Under the pieces are notes generated by a model. It saw only the letters and a program-made list of their open reading frames with translations. It did no database searches and had not been told where the DNA came from. Position numbers and translations under genes: made by a program. Below, in pieces: positions 7,001-13,162 of a stretch of 13,923 bases of DNA. The first letter of the stretch is position 1, and every line of letters begins with the position of its first letter. This stretch comes from Candidatus Hodarchaeota archaeon (GTDB taxonomy: Archaea > Asgardarchaeota > Heimdallarchaeia > Hodarchaeales > Hodarchaeaceae): NCBI GenBank assembly GCA_016839785.1, contig JAEOTQ010000039.1, positions 1 through 13,923 on the forward strand. Direction: 5' to 3'.

Positions 7001-9915
7001 TTAGAGATAATTTACCCGAAAATGCCTATTGGACTCCATTTGTTGTGGTGGAAGATGGTTCAATGTCCATCACTATTACACTTCCTGATACAATTGGTGA
7101 ATGGACAGTAAGAGTTGTTGCTACCTCTTCTGCTTCTGGTATCGGTGTTTTAGAAAAATATACCTTTAAGACATTCATCCCATTCTTTGTTGAAATTGTA
7201 AAAGATCCTTTTGTTCTTCAAGATGATATTTTCGTAATAAAAGGTGTTGTGTACAATTACCTAGGTGAATTAGCTGATATTGATGTTTCTATAGAACCTG
7301 AAGAGGGAATAACAGTCTTGGGTGAAGCATCACAAACAATTCGACTACCTGGTGACTTTTTGGGGGCTATTTCTTGGGCATGTCTAGGTGAAGATGCAAA
7401 CTTTGTAAATGTCACAATTTATGCGACAACTGAACTTAACAATGGCTCTCGTTATTCTGATGCAATAAGAAAAGCGGTAGAAATCGTTCCAAACGGGGTT
7501 GAGGTGGAATTCAAGGCAAGTGGATTCGTCTACGAAGACCCACAATTTGATTATCTACGCTACTCAGAGGCCGTAAAACACGTCGAATTTCTTGAACTAT
7601 CCCTTGGACTGGGAGCGACTGCTATTAGTTCTTGGGAAAGATTAGTGGGTTATCCTTATGGCTGTACAGAGCAGACAATCTCCCGAATTGTGCCTGATAC
7701 TCTAATATTAGATTATCTCAACCAATCCAATCAACTAACGAATGAAACTGCAGATTTATTAACTGATATGATCGTAACTGGCTTATCTCGATTATATAGC
7801 CAGCAACATGCCGATGGAGGATGGGGATGGTGGTCAAGCGACTCCTCACGGGTTTATATGACTGCTCTTGTCCTTTATGGTTTGAGTGCTGTCCGAGATG
7901 TCGGTATCTACGTTGATTTATCAGTGGTAAAAGCAGCGTTACAGTCCCTCTTGGTAAAACAAAACTATGATGGAAGTTGGACTGTAGATTCCTGGCGGAA
8001 TATCGATGGAGTTTCATTTACCGCTTTCGCATTACGATCACTTGTCTATTGGGCGTCTGAACTAACAGACCCAGATCCGATTAATGATGCCATTAGCTAT
8101 ATATCAAATGCATGGAGTGATTCTACAAAGCAATCATCATATTTAGCTGCTCTTTATCTTGATGCTGTATTGGATTCACCATTTGGCACTCCCGCGTTTG
8201 AATCTACCTTACTTTCACATTTAGTGAGTGAGGTTCAGTTCACTGGTGATGGAAATTATTGGAAATACTCCTCATCCACTGGTTATTATTGGAGAGCTCT
8301 AGGGGGACAAGTCGAAATAACTGGATTAGCAGTGAAGGCCTTGGTAAAAACTAACCCTGCCTCCTATATGCCGATCATTCGTGGGGCAATTCAGTGGTTA
8401 TTAGAGAAACAATCTAGATATGGATGGGGAAACACCGCTGATACCTCTGCAGCAATCTCAAGCTTGATTACGATTAGTAAAGAAGGGTTCAGCTCTGATG
8501 AGGATGCAAATGTGAAGGTATTCTTAAATGAGGAAGAGTTAGGTGATTATAATCTATCTGTTGATGGTCAATCTGTAATTTATTTAAATCTCAAGTCTGA
8601 AATTCAACCTGGAGAAAATAACTTCACATTCATAAAATCTGGAGAGGGGAATGTCAGTTATTATTTCTTTAGCCATCAGACGTTGAGATCACTACCTGAT
8701 ATACTCTTACCGTCTGAAGTATCTTCAGCTCCGAATCAAGAAATCAGTGTCCCAATTAAACTAACACCATTGTCATCAGAGGTTTTCGCTGCGAATATAA
8801 CAGTTAACCCAGTACAAGGGGACATTGTTCCAGTTGTTAATCTTCCCCAAACCATCCAATTGTTAACCCAAGAAACAACTTTGAATTACAAATATGAAGC
8901 ACCCGCTACTCCAGGGATTTATTCAATTCCAGGCTTTCAGATAAATTATCTCCTTTCTAACAGTGATCTATCCTCGTTCTCACCAGGGATTATAAGCCGA
9001 CAATATGGACCTATTGATTTAGTGGTGCTTAGCTCCACTGAAGGGATGCTACCTGCTTCATCCCCCGTCCCATCCCATCCTCCTCTACCCGAAGTCAGGA
9101 TGAATCTTCTTACTAAGTCAAGTGTTACTGGCTTAACAATAGATCGAGAATTTTCTAAAGAGAAGTATATCCAACCAGGAGATCTTATTTTGGTCACTCT
9201 CCAAGTAACGAATGAAAATGATACAATGAATTTTCTTATGTTAGAAGAATCTGTGCCAGTTGGCTTCTCTGTTGATCCTAGTACAGTCCAACATTCACAG
9301 GATACATACCAAATTACAAACAGAGGCATTACCTTTTTCTTTGCTCAATTACCAGAAGGAGAAACTGTGGTAAAATACGGATTAATCGCTTCAAATATCC
9401 GTCAATCCTTGGTAATTCCTGCAAAATTATCAAGTATGTATGATGATTGGATTGTGAAAAGTGCCCCCGCAATCTTAGGAGAAGCACGAGTTCCAATTGA
9501 TCCATTAACGGGTGAAATTATCAAAGACTTAAGTTACCCATCTCTTGTAAATCTTAAGCTTTCAGAAGCGCGTGATACTGCTTCCCCTTATCTGAACATT
9601 GAAGTAACTGCAGAGGATAATTGGGGTATTGCCTCTGTAATAGTATATATCAAACAATCGACATGGTTTTCATTTGATTGTTTCGAGAATGATGAGCAGT
9701 GGAATGCCAAAGGTCGAGGATTAACAACAGGGAATGCTCAGATATATGTTGAAATAATGGATTATGCAGGAAATGTCTTTGTGACCAGTGAAAGTGTGCA
9801 TATGCTTGATTTGAGTGTGATCTTTATTCCATTCATCCCCATAATCTCATTAATTGTATTTGCTTTAGTCACTGGAGCTGGAATTAGCGTTTATGTTCGT
9901 AAACGGGGTATCTAA
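4042..9915 (+). CDS. Alpha-2-macroglobulin family thioester-containing protein, secreted and C-terminally membrane anchored
   Basis: Signal peptide (M)KMIKHKVISLTILLVLLLGIVQITSA. MG-domain motifs TDKPIYNPGETV, VDKYEKPAYRV, SDKDVYTPGE. Post-bait IRDNLPENAYW and LPDTIGEW. Thioester YPYGCTEQT (7651-7677). TED motifs QHADGGWGWW, VEITG, WLLEKQ...WGNTADT. MG8 PGDL...VP.GF...PAKLSSMY. C-terminal TM helix plus RKRG. Start likely ATG 4042 or 4048 rather than TTG 3973. Confidence 0.95.
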   Translation: MKMIKHKVISLTILLVLLLGIVQITSADLNTNQDNKALDGLNNQEFTVPDFEPEIQPLEEQEISVLSTFDPSPLNLNNMTPEVTSKVVQDDDERLITQIDLEKEITQPDQPLRYVIQVSRGLNPIPGEKLTIEIIKGEYWGWYHYYYYDIMDYEDRVVERKTVYTDADGQYEGVFQSSVRGRYSIIIRDDDNYYYKSRSFNIADIGIFWRVSREFVKGQPHYSVAYVLNTTDFSPITGAAVTLTGELYTYDYQLSTYSLYSEELFGGISDVQGVTEIVFTPPSNFSDNYHFMANLSVTFDGETTYVLRDIYRGGNYWTSDGYQEFSPYEFIVTTDKPIYNPGETVQARILLWHNDYLKATKEPIATSFTLKLLTPSHHTLFQKTLKSNSYGVAIYSFELDSESELGAYSIVIQKDEVITTTDIRVDKYEKPAYRVGIELDKEYVAPGQEISGTLSAIYYFGKPVIQGQVELLIGDITTLTGVTDEDGMWQFSYRLPSSLKDSGLYALSLNATVTDTVNREVSISTSIQITEDVYVWAWVNPWFPKADENVTVYFGAYQYSPGFYYWRSYQPLPEAKVTIKLYGMLSTSVTVYVATFQSQTDANGYGRYEFAVPQEILVLTTRFTGVVELDTGDGRNGRSTFYFSVDLSKAVAFLDSDNYSRGETVSINVNLISILTFSQLSGSVRVRIFDTDYELVGEKTSDVPTSGKEFSFELSPYAPNGKYHVHIYVSKTFTYEWGSYNYYKYDTSVTFTVGTSQEFSMSLDKPSYTLSDSLTLTGQVEGETNAPVMIQFVKKGILTTQYIPYSNANSFSLTITDITTLAPKVWIHGFAILSTGLIQEVRLYVEIDSTLIVEIDSDKDVYTPGEEAQIDIQVYDANKNPVSTVLAISFIDSSVFGVEPDPETETEFFKEQEYWPSVWTVTSWKNRQLDWWFWWYDDFYGLGYGGGYWRGGLIVHDFYALEDTAAPEQGAKSTGESPPDADVGQKIRDNLPENAYWTPFVVVEDGSMSITITLPDTIGEWTVRVVATSSASGIGVLEKYTFKTFIPFFVEIVKDPFVLQDDIFVIKGVVYNYLGELADIDVSIEPEEGITVLGEASQTIRLPGDFLGAISWACLGEDANFVNVTIYATTELNNGSRYSDAIRKAVEIVPNGVEVEFKASGFVYEDPQFDYLRYSEAVKHVEFLELSLGLGATAISSWERLVGYPYGCTEQTISRIVPDTLILDYLNQSNQLTNETADLLTDMIVTGLSRLYSQQHADGGWGWWSSDSSRVYMTALVLYGLSAVRDVGIYVDLSVVKAALQSLLVKQNYDGSWTVDSWRNIDGVSFTAFALRSLVYWASELTDPDPINDAISYISNAWSDSTKQSSYLAALYLDAVLDSPFGTPAFESTLLSHLVSEVQFTGDGNYWKYSSSTGYYWRALGGQVEITGLAVKALVKTNPASYMPIIRGAIQWLLEKQSRYGWGNTADTSAAISSLITISKEGFSSDEDANVKVFLNEEELGDYNLSVDGQSVIYLNLKSEIQPGENNFTFIKSGEGNVSYYFFSHQTLRSLPDILLPSEVSSAPNQEISVPIKLTPLSSEVFAANITVNPVQGDIVPVVNLPQTIQLLTQETTLNYKYEAPATPGIYSIPGFQINYLLSNSDLSSFSPGIISRQYGPIDLVVLSSTEGMLPASSPVPSHPPLPEVRMNLLTKSSVTGLTIDREFSKEKYIQPGDLILVTLQVTNENDTMNFLMLEESVPVGFSVDPSTVQHSQDTYQITNRGITFFFAQLPEGETVVKYGLIASNIRQSLVIPAKLSSMYDDWIVKSAPAILGEARVPIDPLTGEIIKDLSYPSLVNLKLSEARDTASPYLNIEVTAEDNWGIASVIVYIKQSTWFSFDCFENDEQWNAKGRGLTTGNAQIYVEIMDYAGNVFVTSESVHMLDLSVIFIPFIPIISLIVFALVTGAGISVYVRKRGI

Positions 9916-9917
9916 AT

Positions 9918-9941
9918 CTTTTTTCCCTCTTTTTTTTTCTT
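9918..9941 (+). terminator. Archaeal-type oligo-T terminator
   Basis: CTTTTTTCCCTCTTTTTTTTTCTT immediately after the TAA of the macroglobulin gene. Confidence 0.7.
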
Positions 9942-10167
9942 ATCTTGGTAATAATATGAGAAAAGTCGCTCCTTTATCCGTACCCTCGCTCTCTGTGTAT
10001 AGAATTCCCCCATGAGCTTTGATGATCATACAAATGAACTAGATAAAATACTCGGAATAGTAGCCCAGCTTTTAATAAGAAAAATATTGAATAAGAACCA
10101 GCATTTTGATGCGATTAAATATAGAACTAGTACATGATGAAAAGAAAGCCAATGGATTCTTAAATGG

Positions 10168-10920
10168 CTATTGATCTTGCTCAGCAACAACAGAACGTAT
10201 TTTCTTCAATTCTGTTAACATCTGCTTACGGAGTATCGCGATTCCAGTAGCGCGGTCTTCTTCACGTCGTCCACGAACTTGTGCTAATGGATTTATCGGT
10301 ACTGTTTCTGCTGGTTTTGCGGAAGTTGGAAAGGAGATTTTCGGAATGGATGGTGGGACCAATGGACTTGGCGCTGTTGGTTGTTTGATCTCTGGTTTTG
10401 GTGCAGCAGCAGGTAACGGTTCCGATGCTGCAGTGGGAAACGAAAAACTGATTTGTGGAGCCGGTTCCTCTATTTGGGTAGGTATAGGTTCTGCAGGAAG
10501 TTCAGCTATGGAGGGAATCTTTTCAGGTGTGACAACTGGAATAGGTGTGGGCACTTCAAGTTGGCTTGGTGCAATAACCTCGGGAATCGCTTCTTTTCCT
10601 AGAACGGGAACATGTTTTTTCGAAAGAATATCTGCAGATTCTTGGCCAAACATCGTACGTACTGTATCAGTCACGGGGATATTTAATTCACGGACATCAG
10701 AAAAGTTAAACTCTTGAGAAATGCGTTCCAACGTGGTGGACGTAATAAAACCTTCCAAAAGCGATTCTTTCAGCATCCGTTCGAACCGTAATACTGCCGT
10801 TTGAAATGCAAATACTACATGCGAATACTCCTCGAGAGGAAGATCCTTTAATTTGATAGAAGCGTTGAACTTAAAATTAGCTTTTTTCTTCTCTTCTTTT
10901 CGTTTAAAAAGTTTAACCAC
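10168..10920 (-). CDS. Hypothetical protein: small N-terminal folded domain, long Pro-rich disordered linker, C-terminal WH2-like amphipathic helix
   Basis: 250-aa ORF, GTG start with GAAGG upstream. The second half is rich in P/E/A/I. C-terminus is EEDRATGIAILRKQMLTELKKIRSVVAEQDQ. Confidence 0.85.
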   Translation of the reverse strand: MVKLFKRKEEKKKANFKFNASIKLKDLPLEEYSHVVFAFQTAVLRFERMLKESLLEGFITSTTLERISQEFNFSDVRELNIPVTDTVRTMFGQESADILSKKHVPVLGKEAIPEVIAPSQLEVPTPIPVVTPEKIPSIAELPAEPIPTQIEEPAPQISFSFPTAASEPLPAAAPKPEIKQPTAPSPLVPPSIPKISFPTSAKPAETVPINPLAQVRGRREEDRATGIAILRKQMLTELKKIRSVVAEQDQ

Positions 10921-11128
10921 GGATAATGCCTTCTAACCATACGTCTTGTTTATTTTATTGATTGTCAACTTAAAAACCTAATTAATATAAATGCGGACAG
11001 TTAGGCTAGGCTATTAATCTGAATAGATCCTCTTGTATTTGCAAATTCATTGGATTTAGATGTTTTATTAGACAGTTTCAATGAATTCTTGCTGATCAAG
11101 GAGATATTCACCTCACCTAATTATGTAC

Positions 11129-11178
11129 TGAGGGAAAATATATTCTTCCCTCCTTTTGAGGGAAAATACTTAGAGGGA
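11129..11178. repeat. 12-bp direct repeat flanking an inverted copy (putative operator or RNA structure)
   Basis: TGAGGGAAAATA at 11129-11140 and 11157-11168. Near-perfect inverted copy TATTCTTCCCTC at 11141-11152. Partial GAGGGA at 11173-11178. Confidence 0.75.
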
Positions 11179-11255
11179 CTAAAAAAATTCTTAATTACTC
11201 AATAATAATTCAAATATCAAATTAAATCCTTTTTTATGAGTTGGATGTCAGCAAT

Positions 11256-12326
11256 GTGGTAAAAGCAAGAGTTATTCTAGTCGGAGTGGGTAATGCAACA
11301 TCTGCCTTAGTCCAGGCGTTAAAATATTATACAGAACACGATACGTCTGTATTGAAATATGAAACAATCGGAGGAATGAGGTTAGATGATATTGAGATTG
11401 TTGCAGCCTACGATGTTGTGAAAAGCAAGGTAAATAAAGACTTGAGCGAGGCGATATTCGCTGAACCCAATGTGGCTCCAAAATTTGTTGAATTTTCTTC
11501 ACCTTGGGGTGTTACAGTCAAAGGAGGACCTGTTCTCGATGGTATATCTCCAATGTTAGGGGAAACTGTTGAAGTTATTGTCCCTCCATCAAATCAGAAT
11601 CTTTCTACGGAATTTAAAGAAACTCAAGCGGATATGGTGATTTCTCTTCTTCCCTCTGGAGCAAAAGAAGCTACATATGCGTATGCAAATGCAGCTATTG
11701 AGGCAGATATGGCATTCATAGAGGCAGCACCCACCAGAATATGTTCAGATGATCAATGGGTCAGAAAGTTCAAAAAAGCCGATCTTCCAGTTGTAGGTGA
11801 CGATCTTCAATCTCAACTTGGAGGTACCCGTATCCATAAGGGTATTCTTGAAATGTTAAACTCCTTTGGAGCAAAAGTGAAAAATACGTATCAACTGGAT
11901 GTATCGGGAGGCAGTGAGGGAATGAATACCTTATACACTGATCGAAGATTTGAAAAAAGGCGGATAAAGACGGAAAGCATTAAACGAGTCCTTCCTTACT
12001 TGAGAGATGATGATATAGCTAGTGGAACAACAGATTATCTAGATTTTTTAGGTAATGAACGTACAGGATACTTCTGGATTTACGGAAATTATTTTGTTGA
12101 TACACCGTTTAAAATAGATGTCACAATCAAAACAACCGATGGACCTAATGCTGCAGGAACACTTGTTAATGTAATTAGAGCAACTAAAATTGCGTTAAAT
12201 CGTGGAATTGATGGACCACTCCTTTCAGTATCAGCTTATGGCTTCAAATATCCTCCAGTTCACGTTGGTGAACAGGATGCAGTGAAACGATTCGATGAAT
12301 TCATTGCAGGAGACCGAGCTGACTAA
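11256..12326 (+). CDS. ino1: myo-inositol-1-phosphate synthase family protein (archaeal/actinobacterial type, divergent)
   Basis: Rossmann RVILVGVGNATSALVQ, AAYDV..SKV.KDLSEAIFAEPN, GDDLQSQLGGT, YQLD, DGPNAAG, FKYPP all align with MIPS motifs. Start TTG 11241 or, more likely, GTG 11256. Confidence 0.9.
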   Translation: MVKARVILVGVGNATSALVQALKYYTEHDTSVLKYETIGGMRLDDIEIVAAYDVVKSKVNKDLSEAIFAEPNVAPKFVEFSSPWGVTVKGGPVLDGISPMLGETVEVIVPPSNQNLSTEFKETQADMVISLLPSGAKEATYAYANAAIEADMAFIEAAPTRICSDDQWVRKFKKADLPVVGDDLQSQLGGTRIHKGILEMLNSFGAKVKNTYQLDVSGGSEGMNTLYTDRRFEKRRIKTESIKRVLPYLRDDDIASGTTDYLDFLGNERTGYFWIYGNYFVDTPFKIDVTIKTTDGPNAAGTLVNVIRATKIALNRGIDGPLLSVSAYGFKYPPVHVGEQDAVKRFDEFIAGDRAD

Positions 12327-12345
12327 AAAGTATTATTCTAAAAAA

Positions 12346-12627
12346 ATGAAAAGTGTTCAAATCCTTGCGACAGGCAGAGTACAAGGAGTTTTTTTCAGGG
12401 TATACACCCAGAAATTTGCTCGTGAACTATCCGATGTAACAGGTTATGTCCGAAATCTCCGTGATGGACAAGTGGAAATTTTTGCTGAAGGGCCAGAGAT
12501 ATCATTATCTAAACTAGTAAACTGGGTGCAAACAAAAGGATCACCAGGCTCCAGAATTATGAAAACACAAATGAAATGGGCTGATATTAACGTACGTGAG
12601 TACAGTGATTTTCAAATTACATATTAA
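12346..12627 (+). CDS. acyP: Acylphosphatase
   Basis: GRVQGVFFR phosphate-binding loop with catalytic Arg, and GYVRNLRDGQVE with catalytic Asn. 93 aa from ATG 12346, which avoids the overlap with ino1. Probably co-transcribed with ino1. Confidence 0.95.
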   Translation: MKSVQILATGRVQGVFFRVYTQKFARELSDVTGYVRNLRDGQVEIFAEGPEISLSKLVNWVQTKGSPGSRIMKTQMKWADINVREYSDFQITY

Positions 12628-12657
12628 CCCTTTATGTGATTGGATTGGAGCAAGAAT

Positions 12658-12789
12658 TTACAAATTGTCAATTTTTTCCACAATTTGAGCATATAGTTGT
12701 TCATTCCCTTTGGATCGACTTAGTTCTGCAGCAGTTTGGAAAGATATCCTAAAAATTAATTTGGAAACATTTTTTCCATTGAAGTCCAT
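12658..12789 (-). pseudogene. Short ORF or gene remnant with a TPR-like terminal helix pair (43 aa)
   Basis: Manual translation: MDFNGKNVSKLIFRISFQTAAELSRSKGNEQLYAQIVEKIDNL*. Below the ORF-track cutoff. Resemblance judged by eye only. Confidence 0.3.
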
Positions 12790-12838
12790 TGTTATATGGA
12801 ATCTACCTTCAATTTTAGATCCACTGGATACTTATTTA

Positions 12839-13128
12839 ATGAAACCATATATCACTTTTACACTTGATTTCGAATATCGGGAAAGAAAAAGTACTCTCCT
12901 ACAATCTTTACTGAGTATCTGTCCATTTGATCATCTTCCAAGAGAAATAAGGACAATTCGGAAAGATGACGTAAGAATACCTTTGAAATCCAGGTTTTTT
13001 TCCAAGAAGTGGAATATCTCGAAGTTATCTACCAACATCTTGAAAAACAATCTAAAGAGATGGAACAACAACTGAACAGGGTAACCGAGGGGAAGGTTTC
13101 AAATATTGAGATTGGAGTCGTAAATTGA
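12839..13128 (+). pseudogene. Frameshifted small protein (~96 aa if repaired), predicted beta-alpha-beta-beta-alpha-beta pattern
   Basis: ATG 12839 gives MKPYITFTLDFEY...REIRTIRKDD. The -1 frame is open from 12970 and reads RKNTFEIQVFFQEVEYLEVIYQHLEKQSKEMEQQLNRVTEGKVSNIEIGVVN* (TGA 13126-13128), which is more protein-like than the 0-frame tail. Confidence 0.55.
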
Positions 13129-13162
13129 GGAGAGAGAATGTAATTCCAGAATTATTCTCCCA

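Noticed and set aside
514-9329. Minus-strand ORFs 514-732, 2328-2522, 2643-2897, 3595-3804, 3823-4005, 5219-5401, 5566-5751, 7718-8017, 8946-9329
   Set aside because: Short antisense shadows of well-supported genes (3823-4005 spans an intergenic gap), with no motifs and atypical composition.
10134-10200. Box C-like ATGATGA suggesting a C/D sRNA
   Set aside because: No box D (CTGA) at a suitable distance downstream and no terminal stem.
10346-10717. Gly-rich 123-aa plus-strand ORF
   Set aside because: Antisense mirror of the Pro-rich gene (CCN codons read as NGG/GGN). No independent support.
11129-11178. Repeat as a mini-CRISPR or IS end
   Set aside because: The unit is only 12 bp with a 16-bp spacer that is itself an inverted copy. 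No cas or transposase gene.
11272-11502. 76-aa minus-strand ORF
   Set aside because: Lies wholly antisense within ino1.
12710-13075. 121-aa ORF as given (TTG start)
   Set aside because: The N-terminal extension and C-terminal tail look non-coding. Better explained as an ATG-12839 gene with a -1 frameshift.
12796-13128. Plus-strand frame interrupted only by TGA codons (possible Sec/Trp recoding)
   Set aside because: TGA is used as a true stop by neighbouring genes, there is no Cys/Sec-type motif context, and the upstream part of that frame is not protein-like.
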